64,000 nucleotides of DNA, taken from NCBI GenBank assembly GCA_963752155.1, contig CAVVXH010000011.1, positions 256,001-320,000 of the forward strand, written 5' to 3'. Position 1 is the first letter of the stretch. Each line of letters opens with the position of its first letter. The notes beneath the pieces were generated by a model. That model searched no databases and was not told the origin of the DNA. It saw only the letters and a program-made list of their open reading frames with translations. This document shows, piece after piece, positions 1-14,600 of the stretch. This DNA comes from an uncultured Parachlamydiaceae bacterium (GTDB lineage Bacteria; Chlamydiota; Chlamydiia; Chlamydiales; Parachlamydiaceae). The position numbers were made by a program, and so were the translations under genes.

Positions 1-197
1 GATTGTTCAGTTTTTTCGAAAAAATAGCGTAGCATTGACATGTTTACTGTTTTTCCAAAGCGACGTGGGCGTGGAAAGAGTGTGATCTTCCCTCCATGAG
101 TGATCAATTCTTGAATCAGTAACGTTTTATCGATGTAGTAGAGCTCGTCATCGATGATTTCTTTGTAATCGCTACAGCCAATAGGCAAGCGTTTCAT
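1..197 (-). CDS. AAA-ATPase-like/PD-(D/E)XK nuclease family protein, 5' part (runs off window)
   Basis: Minus strand from ATG at 197 reads MKRLPIGCSDYKEIIDDELYYIDKTLLIQELITHGGKITLFPRPRRFGKT, a close paralog of the start of 39258..40943. Confidence 0.85.
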   Translation of the reverse strand, partial: MKRLPIGCSDYKEIIDDELYYIDKTLLIQELITHGGKITLFPRPRRFGKTVNMSMLRYFFEKTEQ

Positions 198-293
198 TAT
201 TTTAACTCCCAAGGAATTGGTCTCTTTCGCCTAAATTAATTCTATCAAAAAATGAGATATGAAAGGATAAAAAATTGGTTATTGCAGTTCCCG

Positions 294-1713
294 CTAAATA
301 GCTATTCCCCTTCGACGACTCCATGAGGCAATGTAGACAGTGGATCTTAAATTTTCTTCAGCGGCCATACGCACAATTTTAGGTTGGAACTTACCCAACA
401 CCTCAACTAAATCTTTTTGTTCTTCCATTACGGCGTCAATAGGCTTATAAGCTTGAGGGGCTTCATCCAATCCCCCTCCGATTAAATCTATCGCCATGTT
501 TTAATAGATATTCCATATGCTGTTCATGGGTGATCGATTTTTTTGCTTTGGTGCGGGCCATTTGCCTTCCGCTACCATGTGAAGCAGAATTTAAAGAATC
601 TGAATTACCCTTACCCATAACTAAGTATCCAGGGTCTGCCATAGTCCCTGGAATAATTCCTAAAACGCCATTGCCCGCTGGAGTTGCTCCCTTGCGATGG
701 ACGATTGCCTCTTTCTCGTTTCCATTAATTAAAATCTTTTCCTTCCAAGCAAAATTGTGATGATTTTCAATTATTGCTACTGAAGTTATTCCGATTGCAT
801 GACTTATTCTTTGGTGGATCACATGATGGTTTGCTGATGCAAATTCACCTGCAAGCTGCATAGCGTCCCAGTACTCTTTACCAAGATCTTGATCAAGAGG
901 CAACCACGCCAAATGTCTCACAGAATGATCTAATTCTTCCATTTGCGACATGGCCATTTTAGTATAATAATTAGCTATTTTAAATCCCACTCCTCTAGAA
1001 CCACTATGCGAAAGTAATGCGAGGTAGTGCCCTACAGCAAGATTAAGAGGATTTGTCGGATTGGTGATTTCTAACTCTCCCCATTCAACAAAATGATTCC
1101 CGCCACCACTTGTACCAATTTGATGAATAGCAGTTTGCCTCAATGATCGTGTCAATTCTGAAAGTTCCCAATGGGATTTGTCCAAAATTGGATGTTCAAT
1201 TTTACCCGCATGAATACCGGCAGCTCCGGAACCGAATATAGTATTGTTTAATAAGGCCAAGTATAGGTGTTTATATTCAGAATTTTTAGAATTTTTTAAA
1301 ACCTGTGGGGAAGAAGGATAAATTGACAACATCATCCTGCAAGCAATATCGACTCCAACTGCGTAAGGAATGACTGAATTTTCTGTGGCTAAAACTCCAC
1401 CAATAGGAAGACCATAACCCAAGTGAGCGTCAGGCATTAAGGCCCCTCCTATTGCCACCGGTAAACGAGCTGCTCCAGCCATTTGTGTTATCGTTTCTGC
1501 TTCAATGTGCTTTTCTCCCCAGATTTTGTATGGAACAGGAGATGGTTTCAACAACAAATTTTTTCGCATTAATGCAAGTTTATTTTCAATATTTTGTACA
1601 AAAGCAATAGCTACTTCCGGGCTTTCTGTTTTGTAGTCATTCCAAGCTTTGCCCTTCTCTCTCGAAGTTAGCATTGTCTGATTGAGTAATTCTTGAAATT
1701 CTTTTGGTTTCAT
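294..1713 (-). CDS. rtcB: RtcB family RNA ligase, split by one frameshift near 490
   Basis: Motifs MPDAHLGYGLPIGG, VGVDIAC, GTSGGGNHF, HSGSRG, NHHN, HRKGAT and SHGSGR in 463..1713; the C-terminal DEAPQAYK...IDAVM continues in 294..497. Confidence 0.9.
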
Positions 1714-1927
1714 TTGTTATATTCTCTATTTAATATAGCCTATCTTGGTAATGCATTACACAGATAAAGTCAACTCTCTACAAGGTAAGAAAGAGCTACA
1801 CCCTTAAAATTTGTCAGTGTCGTGCTCACAATCTGTTTCCGTCCGATTTATTTCACTAATAAAACAAAAAAAATGTTAAATTCAATTAAATCATTATCCA
1901 TAATTATATTTCAACATCTATTTCATA

Positions 1928-1976
1928 ACCTGATATTCTGACATTTGCCGATGCGCTAACATTGCTTCCTAAAGGG
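1928..1976. repeat. Partial copy of palindromic repeat family B
   Basis: acctgatattctgacatttgccgatgcg.taacattgcttcctaaaggg matches the arm near 3453 and near 55906. Confidence 0.85.
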
Positions 1977-2139
1977 GTAACTTTATCCTAGCGAATTTGC
2001 AATTACTTTTTATCATTAGGTGAATTTTATGCCCTGGAATATATCCCTTTACTTAATTTAGAATTTAAATATAATAGCTGCAGATTCTAGAAGAAGTCAT
2101 TCGAATAACAAAGAAACACACCCAAATTGGAGTGTTAAA

Positions 2140-3430
2140 ATGACAGAATATTCTAGCCCTATTGAAGCAAATATTGCCGACAAAAGCAGTAACGTCTCTC
2201 AAAAAGATGCATCTATTCTCATCGGCAATGCTTTGGATCATTACGATTCATCTATTTATAGCTTCTTGGGACCACTTTTAGGACCTATTTTTTTTCCTAA
2301 TTTTGATCCGATAGCTCAACTTATTTTTACTTATAGCGTTTTGGGGACATCTGTCGTTACCCGTCCCATAGGATCTTTTATTTTTGGGATGATAGCACGA
2401 AAATATGGCCCTCTTTCAGGAATGTCTTATTCGTTAATCGGTGTGGCTATTTCTTCCATCTTTATTGCCTTTCTCCCTACCTATGCAGCCGTAGGATGCC
2501 TTGCTCCATTCTTATTAATTCTTGTAAGAATGATCAAAGGGATATTTGCTGCAGGAGAAAGTACTATTGCTAAAATGTACATTATGGAAAATAAACCGAC
2601 TACTTCGGCTTTAAAAGCTTCCTATTTTTATCAAAGCTCCTCAATGCTTGGCTCGATATTAGCCTCAGCCATTGCAACTGTTGTCATTGCTTCAAAATCT
2701 GATGCATGGCGTCTGTGTTTTTTGCTTGGAGGAACTACTGGAATAATCGGTTATTTTTTACGGCGATATTCAGACGATATAGAAGATAAACAATTCTTTT
2801 TGAATCTTATCAAATTTCAAAAATTCCTTCGTTTTGGAAAAATCGAATAAATCTTTTGCGTGTCATCGTAACTACAGGATTTGGGCATATTACGGAACAA
2901 TCCCGTTTGCTTTTATGAATTGTTTTGTGCCTTTTATCACATCGATTACCTTAGAAACAATGATGATTTATAATACAGCTTTATTAGTCATTGACATGTT
3001 TTTAATTCCCGCAATAGGAAATAGAATCATTAAATATGATGGTGTTAAAATCATGACACTCAGCAGCTTGGTTTTAGCCACGACGATTATTCCTTTATTT
3101 GCATTCCTACCGCAATCTTCCTTGACTTACGTGCTATTTGTTCGTGTGTGGATCGTTTTCTGGGGAGTCGTTTTCTTATGTCCGATGAATTATTGGTATA
3201 GGGGTCTTTTTCAGACTTCGGATCAATATCTGATGGTAGGTATGGGTGGAGCTCTGGGTTCGACTCTTATTGGTCGATTTACCATTCCTATATGTCTGTC
3301 ATTGTGGTATTATACCGAATGGGCATTTTCACCAGCAATCTTTTTGGCTATAGTCATGCTAGCGGCAGCTGGGGCTGTCTATAGAACAAGTAAAGAGGAG
3401 CAAAAAACCAGGGCACAGTTGCCTGCGTAA
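2140..3430 (+). CDS. MFS transporter (ProP/MHS-like), split by a frameshift near 2800-2880
   Basis: GNALDHYD, RPIGSFIFG..A.KYG and R..KG..AAGE motifs in 2140..2850; the second six-TM half is in 2834..3430. Confidence 0.85.
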
Positions 3431-3817
3431 AGCGCCTTGCCATTGGTGCCTGACCTGATATTCTGACATTTGCCGATGCGATAACATTGCTTCCTAAAGG
3501 GCAAATGTCAGAATGTCAGGTCTGGAACCAAGGCCAGAACGTTACCTCTCAGAGGACAGCAAACAAGCATCCTCAATGATATTGAAAATTTCTATTGACG
3601 AATTTGTTCCGCGTTTCCTGTTGTCCTTGCCTTGCTGTCCTCTTGGGGGGTAATGTTCCGCCTTGGTTCCAGACCTGACATTCTGACATTTGCCCTTTAG
3701 GAACCAATGTTATCCCATCGGCAAATGTCAGAATATCAGGTCAGGCACCAATGGCAAGGCGCTTTAAAAATTTTTTATTTCCCGATAGGGGACGCCGCAG
3801 GCAACTGTCTCGCTTTG
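3428..3817. repeat. Large palindromic MITE/REP-like element, family B
   Basis: ~110-bp arms taaagcgccttgccattggtgcctgacc...ggaaccaaggc inverted at 3428 and 3766; each arm contains its own hairpin; the 3' tail is shared with the copy at 55811..56243. Confidence 0.9.
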
Positions 3818-3944
3818 TGTTTAAAATTAACGGGAACTGCTGAAGTTTGTTTTTCCTTGCCGTTTCTATTTCAAAGATGCAATATAAGTGACTGGAGTTC
3901 AAACTTCGCAACTCCCACTTATTCATATTACCGGAGCATGGCGA

Positions 3945-5707
<1,763 letters not shown>

Positions 5708-5725
5708 TGAACTTCGGAACATGAC

Positions 5726-8700
5726 ATGTCCCAATTGCGATTCAGCACCAAATTATCAGGATTAGTTGCACTTGCTTTAGTTCTTTTTTTCTGGATTTTT
5801 TGGAATCCCATCTCCTCACATACCATAGAGTGGTATTTCAAAAAGAAAATCCAGAAAGAGCTAGAAAGTATTATACAACTTGAAAATGCAACGTGGGACA
5901 ATGGTGTTCTACTCTTGAACTCTCCCTCAATGATTTCACGTCAAGAAAATCTTCCTTATTTTTACGCTGAGCAGATCGCCCTCTCCTACGACTTTTCATT
6001 ATGGCAAAGAAAAATACATTTGAAACTTCAAGTTTTAAATCCTATTTTTACCATCAACTCTAAAACAGAAATGCTCCTTAAAGCGATCCTCAATGGAAAA
6101 ACCATACGATTTAAATACTTTTCTCTACAGTGGGAATTATCCATTCCAAATGGAATCTTACAAAACAAGGAATTTTTCATTCCCTTTTCTTTAGAAATTG
6201 CAAGCAGTAAAGAATCTCGTGGTGAATTTTCACTGCAATTAAAAAACAACATCCCTCAGCAACCTCTAAAAGGAGAATTCTTTTCAGAAACCTCCGGAAA
6301 ACGTACGATCGATCTAATTTTCAATCAAACTCCCTTTTCCATCTTATCAAAAGGATTTCGATTATTAAACCTATCACCAAATGAATTACAAATTGATTCA
6401 GGAATTGTTCACGGTCATTCTCAGATCTTATTCTCTAAAAGACAACCTCTTCAATTGAGAGGAGAACTCACATTTACCGATATTGCTATTAACGAACCGA
6501 CGCTTAAATTTACTTGCAATATTCCCAAAGCCACACTTACTTTTTTACCTAACTCAAAAGAAACACTAGGACAATTTGAAATTCATAAACCTTTCTCCAT
6601 CTCTCTTGGAGGATTTAAACAGGAACTGCTAGCTGTCAATGCTGAGCTTAGAAACTGGGCGGTTGATGCCGTTGCAGAAGTGGCAGAACAAAGGGATCAG
6701 TATGCAATCAAGCTAGGATTCGATCTGGATCTACTTGGAATGAGGAACGGATGGTTTAAAGGAGATGATTTTCCAATGGGAAAATTTATTAAACCATTCT
6801 TTACAAACGATCATTCTTCTTTAGATGGCACTATTAGTTTTCAAGGAACATTTGATCCGAAAGCCTTGTCAATCCAATATCAAACCAATAATCTTCATTT
6901 TGAAAATCAACATTTTTATCTAACAACTACACCTCAAGATGATTTACCCAATGAAATTATGGCAAATGGAACACACTTATTTGATTTTGTTAACAACGAA
7001 AGCTCAGGAGAATTACATCTCAAGGGTGGACGCTATTTCGACAAAAAAAACCGGCTTCTCTGTACTGATATAGCGACTTCCATCTTATTTAAAGAAGGAA
7101 AAATTGAAGCTCCACAATTTGAAGGGAACTGTTGTGATCTATGTCTAAACGGAGCCTTGAAGATAGACTCACCCTTACCAGACCATTTTAACCTCAATCT
7201 GGCCCTAAACGATCTAACAGGCACTGTATTTAATTTCCAACGCTTACTTTCGCAATTGGAACTTCTTAATCCCCTAACGAATTTGCCACTTCAGGGTAAC
7301 ATCTATTTAACTACAGGTCCTCATCATCTCAATTTTACTTTTGCTCCTACTGGTTATGATCTGGAAGCAAATTTCTCAGGATCTCTTTCTGAAGGTAAGC
7401 TGGATGTCTATTCTGAAGACTACACCTTGCAAGAAATCGGTTTTGATTTCCAATTCGACCATAAAGGCAAATCTCTTTTATGTAGTAATCTACAAGGCTC
7501 TTTATTTTTAGGAAAGCCTGAGGAAGCTGAGGAGTACACTTTCTCAGGAAATTATATCCATTTCAAACATCTTCCTGAGTCCCAAGCAGAATTTGATATA
7601 GCTTTCATTGACAAAAATAATGATGAACTTCTTAGACTGATAGGAAATATTCATCAAGAGATCCTGCAAAAAGAAGGTTTTCTATGCATCGACATCGATA
7701 AGAATCTTTCTCATATCCAAAAAACTCACTTTAATCGTTGTGAACTCATTTTAAATAAACAGTGGCAAATCGATCATTTTCGCGTGCGATTTAATCCCCT
7801 TTTACAAGATATGTCGACAGCTCTCGAAGGATTGAGTAAAACTAAAATTTGGCGTGATCTCGGAATAGCCAAATACAAGTGGGGAGGTTCAAAGAGAAAT
7901 CAAGGAGCCCTCTCGGTAGACCTTAAGTATGATCAAGCCCAAGGAGATTTCATCTTTAATCTTAAAGGTTCAGATCTTCTCATAAATTCTCATCCTATTA
8001 AAAAATTATCACTCATAGGCAAAAAACAAGAAAATGTCTGGTCTATCGAACAGCTCCAACTTGATCACATTTCAATTGCTGCAGATATCGTAAAAGAAAA
8101 CCAAATATGGAAATTTCCTTTTTTAGGTTTACGATGGAGTCCTTCCTGCCTTGTGGGACTAGAAGGAACTTATTTTGCCGATCAAAAATCTTTCCTGGGT
8201 CGCATTCATCTTTTAGAATTAGATCTTCCGACGATTAAAAAAGTGTTTCCATTGGCACATTTAATTAGCGAAGATCAAGCTAAAGAAACATTTAAAAGAT
8301 TAAAAGCCTTAGGACAAGTGCAAATCTTTCAAACAGAACATGGAGTCTCCTTTAACATCGAACATTCTCCTTACCGACTATCCATCCACTCTAAAGATCT
8401 AAAACTGTCCCGTGGAAAATTAGTTCTTTCCAATCTTCTGACTCATAAGCTCCCATCCGAAATCAATAACTCTCTTCAAATTGACTGGACACGTACATCT
8501 CAAGGCTTAGAGATTCAAAAAGCGATGGGCTCTTTCGAGGGTTTAACAATCGATGTCGTTAAATATCCTCTACAACTTCCTGAAGAAAGATTCGCTCCCA
8601 TGATCGGCAAAATGGCCATTCATTTCGATCAAGCTTCAAATATACTCCCACAAAATATGAGAAACTTTCTGAAGTCATGGCAAATTGGAGGTACATATCA

Positions 8701-9475
8701 TTTTATTGGACAATGGATGTTACAGAATCCAGACCCAAAAAAGCATTTATTTTCTTTCCAGGGAAGCATAAAAGGACAAAATGTTCACCTAAATGGGTAT
8801 GAATTTGATTCCATGCAATCTGACTGTGTCTATACAGAGGACAAAATAGGTTTAAACAACTTTTCGATTAAAGATCAGTCAGGCATTCTGCATATCCATT
8901 CCATCCAAAGTGTGCTCAGGGATAACAATCGCTGGGAAGCCACTCTCGAAAACTGTCATGTGTCAGAATGGCAACCTTCCCTCTTAAGAGCTGTAGGATC
9001 CACCCCTATTCCAAGTCCCCTTATAATAAAGCAGCTTAGAATTGAAAAACTAAAAGGTTTTTTGGATGATCCTAACAGTTTTACTGCAAAAGGAAAATTC
9101 GATTTTAACAACCGTTCACGCGATACACCGCTATTTGTCATTCCGGAAGAAATCATCAAACGCATTGGACTGGATGTGTCCATCTTGACACCTACTACGG
9201 GCACTCTTTACTTTGATCTTTTTGAGAGTAAGATTTGTTTCACTAAATTTAAGGATGTATATAGTGAAGGAGGTCTTTCGAAATTTAATTTAGCAAGCAA
9301 TTCTCTTCCTTCATATATGGATCTCAATGGAAAACTAAATTTAAGAATCAGAATGAAGCACCACAATCTATTTTTTAAACTTGCAGAACACTTCATTCTT
9401 AAGATCGAAGGGACTGTTCGAAAACCCATTTATTTCATCCGTAAGCAACCTCGTAAAGAGCGTTCGATACACTAA
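5726..9475 (+). CDS. Large beta-rich membrane-anchored hypothetical protein (possibly AsmA/TamB-like)
   Basis: 1249-aa ORF with a single N-terminal hydrophobic segment followed by alternating beta-strand patterns; family assignment is inference. Confidence 0.6.
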   Translation: MSQLRFSTKLSGLVALALVLFFWIFWNPISSHTIEWYFKKKIQKELESIIQLENATWDNGVLLLNSPSMISRQENLPYFYAEQIALSYDFSLWQRKIHLKLQVLNPIFTINSKTEMLLKAILNGKTIRFKYFSLQWELSIPNGILQNKEFFIPFSLEIASSKESRGEFSLQLKNNIPQQPLKGEFFSETSGKRTIDLIFNQTPFSILSKGFRLLNLSPNELQIDSGIVHGHSQILFSKRQPLQLRGELTFTDIAINEPTLKFTCNIPKATLTFLPNSKETLGQFEIHKPFSISLGGFKQELLAVNAELRNWAVDAVAEVAEQRDQYAIKLGFDLDLLGMRNGWFKGDDFPMGKFIKPFFTNDHSSLDGTISFQGTFDPKALSIQYQTNNLHFENQHFYLTTTPQDDLPNEIMANGTHLFDFVNNESSGELHLKGGRYFDKKNRLLCTDIATSILFKEGKIEAPQFEGNCCDLCLNGALKIDSPLPDHFNLNLALNDLTGTVFNFQRLLSQLELLNPLTNLPLQGNIYLTTGPHHLNFTFAPTGYDLEANFSGSLSEGKLDVYSEDYTLQEIGFDFQFDHKGKSLLCSNLQGSLFLGKPEEAEEYTFSGNYIHFKHLPESQAEFDIAFIDKNNDELLRLIGNIHQEILQKEGFLCIDIDKNLSHIQKTHFNRCELILNKQWQIDHFRVRFNPLLQDMSTALEGLSKTKIWRDLGIAKYKWGGSKRNQGALSVDLKYDQAQGDFIFNLKGSDLLINSHPIKKLSLIGKKQENVWSIEQLQLDHISIAADIVKENQIWKFPFLGLRWSPSCLVGLEGTYFADQKSFLGRIHLLELDLPTIKKVFPLAHLISEDQAKETFKRLKALGQVQIFQTEHGVSFNIEHSPYRLSIHSKDLKLSRGKLVLSNLLTHKLPSEINNSLQIDWTRTSQGLEIQKAMGSFEGLTIDVVKYPLQLPEERFAPMIGKMAIHFDQASNILPQNMRNFLKSWQIGGTYHFIGQWMLQNPDPKKHLFSFQGSIKGQNVHLNGYEFDSMQSDCVYTEDKIGLNNFSIKDQSGILHIHSIQSVLRDNNRWEATLENCHVSEWQPSLLRAVGSTPIPSPLIIKQLRIEKLKGFLDDPNSFTAKGKFDFNNRSRDTPLFVIPEEIIKRIGLDVSILTPTTGTLYFDLFESKICFTKFKDVYSEGGLSKFNLASNSLPSYMDLNGKLNLRIRMKHHNLFFKLAEHFILKIEGTVRKPIYFIRKQPRKERSIH

Positions 9476-9479
9476 GAAG

Positions 9480-10877
9480 TCATGTGGTCCGAGGATAGCA
9501 CATCTTTAATGGATTGACAAGGCGATCGAATTCTTCTGGCTTAACGTAGCCTAGCTGTATGGCCGCTTCCCGTAATTTTAAATCATGATCCACTGCATAA
9601 TGAGCGATTTCTGAAGCTTTATCGTAACCGATAACAGGCGCAAGAGCTGTAACAAGCATAACAGAATATTCCAAATCCTGCTTGATCTTTTTTAAATTCG
9701 GCGCCATGCCGCGAACTAAGTATTTATCAAAGTTCTTACAGCTGTCGCTTATAATTCTGATGGATTGGAGAACATTATAAATAATCACGGGTTTGTAAAC
9801 GTTCATCTCTAAATAACCACTAGCTCCTCCAAGTGCCACGGCCATATCATTTGCCATGACTTGTACAGCAACCATTGATAAGGCTTCGCATTGCGTTGGG
9901 TTCACTTTACCAGGCATGATCGAAGATCCAGGTTCATTAGAAGGAAGAATGAGTTCATTAATTCCTGCTCTTGGACCACATGAGAGCAATCTGATATCGT
10001 TGGCTATTTTATAAAGAGAAACTGCTAAAGTTTTCAAAGTGGCGCTCAATTGCACTAGGGCGTTATGGGCTCCTTGCGTTGCAAATTTATTTTTAGCGGT
10101 CTTGAAGGGAAGCTTTGTTAACTTGGCAATTTCTTTTGCGACATCTTTGTCGAATCCTTCGAGGGTGTTCAAACCTGTCCCAACAGCGGTTCCTCCCAGG
10201 GTTAAATTATAAACATTTTTGATAGAAAATTCTATATCTGCAATATTATCATTAAGCATTCCCACATACCCTGAGAATTCTTGTCCAAGGGTTAATGGGG
10301 TGGCATCCTGCATGTGTGTTCTACCTAATTTGACGATATTTTTCCATTCTTTTGATTTAGCATTGAAGCTCTCTCGAAGTTGTTTAAGGATGGGAATGAG
10401 AGTATTTTTAATTTCCATTGCTGCGGCAATATTCATTGCTGTTGGGAAGGTATCGTTAGATGATTGAGACATATTGACATCGTCATTGGGATGAACAGGA
10501 GATTTACTTCCTAAAGGTTTTCCACTTATTTGAGAGATACGATTGGCAATGACTTCATTCACATTCATATTGAATTGTGTGCCACTACCGGTCATCCAAA
10601 CATACAGAGGGAAATGGTCATAATGTTTTCCTTTAAGGATATCTTCGCAGACACTTTCAATCAGTTTTGCTTTTTTAGCTGGAAGAAGGCCTTGTCGTTG
10701 ATTTACAATGGCTGAGGCCTTTTTTAAAATTGCATAGGCATGAATCAGTTCTTTAGCGATGAGATCGTCACCGATCGAAAAATGTTCTAAGGATCTTTGA
10801 GTTTGAGCGCCCCACAAGGAATCAGCAGGAACCTTTACTTTCCCGTGACTATCACTTTCGACTCTGAACTTTTTCAT
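9480..10877 (-). CDS. fumC: Class II fumarate hydratase
   Basis: [38 protein letters not shown] and the [11 protein letters not shown] signature; probable start at MKKFRV (10877). Confidence 0.97.
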   Translation of the reverse strand: MKKFRVESDSHGKVKVPADSLWGAQTQRSLEHFSIGDDLIAKELIHAYAILKKASAIVNQRQGLLPAKKAKLIESVCEDILKGKHYDHFPLYVWMTGSGTQFNMNVNEVIANRISQISGKPLGSKSPVHPNDDVNMSQSSNDTFPTAMNIAAAMEIKNTLIPILKQLRESFNAKSKEWKNIVKLGRTHMQDATPLTLGQEFSGYVGMLNDNIADIEFSIKNVYNLTLGGTAVGTGLNTLEGFDKDVAKEIAKLTKLPFKTAKNKFATQGAHNALVQLSATLKTLAVSLYKIANDIRLLSCGPRAGINELILPSNEPGSSIMPGKVNPTQCEALSMVAVQVMANDMAVALGGASGYLEMNVYKPVIIYNVLQSIRIISDSCKNFDKYLVRGMAPNLKKIKQDLEYSVMLVTALAPVIGYDKASEIAHYAVDHDLKLREAAIQLGYVKPEEFDRLVNPLKMCYPRTT

Positions 10878-11018
10878 AGTATTCAAATAGGGGTAGATAA
10901 TTAGTCCTATTTCCTAATTTCTACATAAATGTTTTTCATTTATTTAGCAATTCCCTGGGATCGGACCCAGAGCAGGTCCGGCATCGCTTACATGGATTAA
11001 TTTAGTGAGGATAGCTAA

Positions 11019-11615
11019 TTACATCTTTTCATGAAGTATCTGAAGAGCCTCTGCATAGGTTTCTTCGTATTCATGCATAGATTTAAAATATTTATATGTT
11101 TTCTGGTTTTTTCTTTCAGGATTGTGTGTGACATAAGTGAGTATCCCACGTCTTATCTCTCCTATCCCTATTTCCGGGTCATATACCCAATACCCTTCAT
11201 GATCGTGGTTATAAATAGCCATTTGAATATTCTCTATTGTAAAGGGCTTATTCTCTAAGGAATATTGAATCTCTTCATTTGAGGTCACATTATGTAGTAA
11301 CATCTCGGCAAATTCTATAAGAAATTTTCTCAATTGATCTTTAGAAAGATTTTGATATGAACTAAAGTCTAAACCTAATCTTTTGATCTTCCCTTCCGGC
11401 ATAGAAACTATTGTTCCAATAACGGCAATTTTATATTTTTTGGTTATTGAAGAAGATGTCTCATAAAGTATTTGGTTTACCAAACGCTCACTTTTGGAAA
11501 GATATTTATCTTCTGCATCAAACCAAAATAATATTCTATCTCGAAAATCAACTGAGATTAAGGAAGATAAGATCAAGACAATAAGAATAAAAACAATAAA
11601 ATAAATAAATTTCAT
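11019..11615 (-). CDS. Membrane-anchored hypothetical protein, candidate Rhs immunity protein
   Basis: Start overlaps the Rhs stop codon at 11615; N-terminal hydrophobic segment. Confidence 0.6.
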   Translation of the reverse strand: MKFIYFIVFILIVLILSSLISVDFRDRILFWFDAEDKYLSKSERLVNQILYETSSSITKKYKIAVIGTIVSMPEGKIKRLGLDFSSYQNLSKDQLRKFLIEFAEMLLHNVTSNEEIQYSLENKPFTIENIQMAIYNHDHEGYWVYDPEIGIGEIRRGILTYVTHNPERKNQKTYKYFKSMHEYEETYAEALQILHEKM

Positions 11616-14600
11616 TATAGCTTCCCTTGTTCAATGTAATTCTTAATATTATGCTCCAAAACACCGTAGTAAGTAGGACTTGTGAAAAGATGATCATGCC
11701 AAGGAGCATCCGGATGACTCTTTAGTTGAGTTGTCGTATCTTTCGAACACCTACTCCCCCGCCCATCAAAATGAGGGATAAGATCACGATACCAGGCTGC
11801 TCGGTAATGCTGAACTTGAGCACACGTTCTCTGAAATATGTAACCTCCTGGAGCAATTGCCAAAACATCAATGTGCTTGCGTAGCTCTTCAGGATAATCA
11901 ATAAGGGCATTTCTCACGTTAACAGCGCCTTGACTATGACAAATCTGTAGATAGTTAACATCCTTATAACCATCTTTAAAAAAGTCATTCCATTCTTGAT
12001 GCAATAATCTTACAGGTTCCGTAGCTGTAAATTGATATCCATATATATATTCCTCTGCGTCACCCATAAGTCCATGTGTAGCATTATAAACTCCATGAAT
12101 ATTAAATCCACCAATCATTGAAGAAAGGTAAGTCGAACTCTCATTATAATCTTTAAAGGAATTATTGACGCCATTCGTAAATCCAATCCTTCTTCCTTCA
12201 GGTAATTCCGTCAGTCCTAAATCTGATATACAAGAAGGTTTCCAATAGTTTTCTATACAAATACCTTCGCAAATACCTCCATCTAAAATTAAATCATTAT
12301 GAGTTTTTTCAAAATTGTCATTATAAGTGATTTGTGGCAATTCAGCAGAGGTATTGCCGGAAAAATCTATAGTGTCATAAGGATTTTTATCTTGTTCAGG
12401 AATAATAGAGATTGCAACTGACATCAAACCATAACGATCAATGTAACTCGCAGGACTGTTCTTAACGTACGCGTATAAATTAGGTCCTCCACTTTGACCC
12501 AAAGGGTCTTGCATCAGCCACTGCGCTGATTTTGGATGGTAACAACGAAATCCAAAATCAATGATTCCAATGCTAGAGGTTTCATGCCTCTTTCCACAAA
12601 ATCTCCAAGGTGAAAGGGGAGTTTCTTTCAAATCTTTCCCAAACATTGTTAGAAAACTTAGATCTGCCAATTTTCCAGATTTCATCTCGACAAGGCCTAC
12701 AATATGTCTTTGAGAAGAAAAGATGGGAGAATAGAGATTCTCACCCAACTCAATAGCCATCGGCATCGATTCTTCACCTCCGGATAAAACTTTGAGGTCA
12801 ATGCACTCATTGTTGCTACTATAGGATCCTATCTCCTCATGGTTGTTATAAAGGTAATAGAGGGTTTCTCCGTTACAAGTACGTGACATTTTACGATTAA
12901 AACTATCGTAGGTATACGTCCAAGTCGAATTGTCTTGTTCGATAGTGATTAAACGATCAAAACTATCATATGTAAATTGTGTTTTAGAATCCTTTGTCCT
13001 ACGCCCTTTGGCATCGTATGTGTAGGTTTCATCAGCCCCTTGAACCAATTGTAAAAGGGCATTGTGGGTTTGTTGTTGGCCATCCACTGATATTTGCCGA
13101 TTAAGGGCATCATTTTTATAGCGATGAGAATAGAGTGCCGTTTTTTCTTGAGTAAGCTGTTGTAAGTGATCGTGCTTAAACTGTTGCAAATCGCCATTGA
13201 CTATCTTTGAAACCAAGGTTCCTCGAGAGTCATAACAAATCTCCTTTTCTTGGTAAAAAGGATAAATAATGGAAATTGCACGAGTCAATGGGTCATATTC
13301 AAGTTCAAGTGTTCCACTTTTTTGAGGAAAAACAATTCTCCTAGGTTTGCCTGTGCGATCAAAATTTTTAAATTCAGTTTGATAAACCTTTTGGCCATTT
13401 TTAATGCGCTCAGATTTCGTCAGAAAAACAGGGCTATAAGTTTGTTTAACTGATGTCCCATCGGGATAAATACATTCCACAAGACGATTCATCCGATCAT
13501 AGACGTAACATATCTTTAAGCCGTTTTCAAATTTCTCAGAAAGCAGAGCTCCTTCCGATGAATATTTACGGACGGTTTTTTTATGGGTGTTAAGATTCTC
13601 TACGATAGTGGGTTGGCTTTTCTTATTGTAGATATAGTGATAATGAACTGATTTATCATTAGACCACTCTTCAGCAAGCCTGCCGATTCCATCATAGAGA
13701 GAATGTTTTGATGTTCCATTTGCATATTGATTTTCCGAAAGCTCTCCACGATGATTGTAGATGAAGGAAGTGGCAATCTGTTCAGAGGTGCCTGCACCAT
13801 TCACTTGGTGTATCAGACGTGAACATGAATCATATTCATAGAGTGTAAAAATAGTCTCATTGGGAAGATGATGTTCTTTTCGTACCATCTTGCCATTTAG
13901 ATCGTAATAATATTCTACGTTGGATAATAGTTTACCAGAAGGTGAGAACATTTTTGTACTTACAGGAGATCCTTTAGCGTCCGATAGAGTCATCGTTTTC
14001 ACGCCTTTAGGGTCCACCATCTCTAAGCAAGGTAAATTTATGCCTTCGTATAGGAAGTCATAATGATGTCGATAATAGGTTGTGTTGCCTAAAGCATCTG
14101 TCGTGGAGCTTAAATTACCTCTTGGATCATAGGTATTTTTTGTTGTTGCTTCACCTCCATGAGTTTGTTTCGTCGTAGAGATAACGTGGTTACTAGCATC
14201 ATAAGCTGTTCTGGTTTTAGTATAAATCCTGCCAGTTGCATCGACTTCACTTCTTGCAATGACTCGATTGAGCAAGTCGTATTCAAACTTAGTCGCTATA
14301 TAGTCTTGATCATTATCACCAAAATAATGCCATTCTTCATCGATTCTTCCCAAAGCGTCGTAAACGTATTTGGTTAACCTGTTGCCTTTGCGAATTTCCA
14401 AAACCCTGCCGGCAAAATCATATTTATATTTAGTTTTTACCCCTTCTTCATCTGTCTCTGAAACCAATAAGCTACCGGAATATTTTTTACTGATTTCTTT
14501 TAATAATTTGCCATCGCAATCATAAGTTGTTTCAGAAATAAGCCTTGACAAAGCGTCGTAGGCATAAAGGACTTTAGAATTATTTCTTTCCTTTTTTTCG

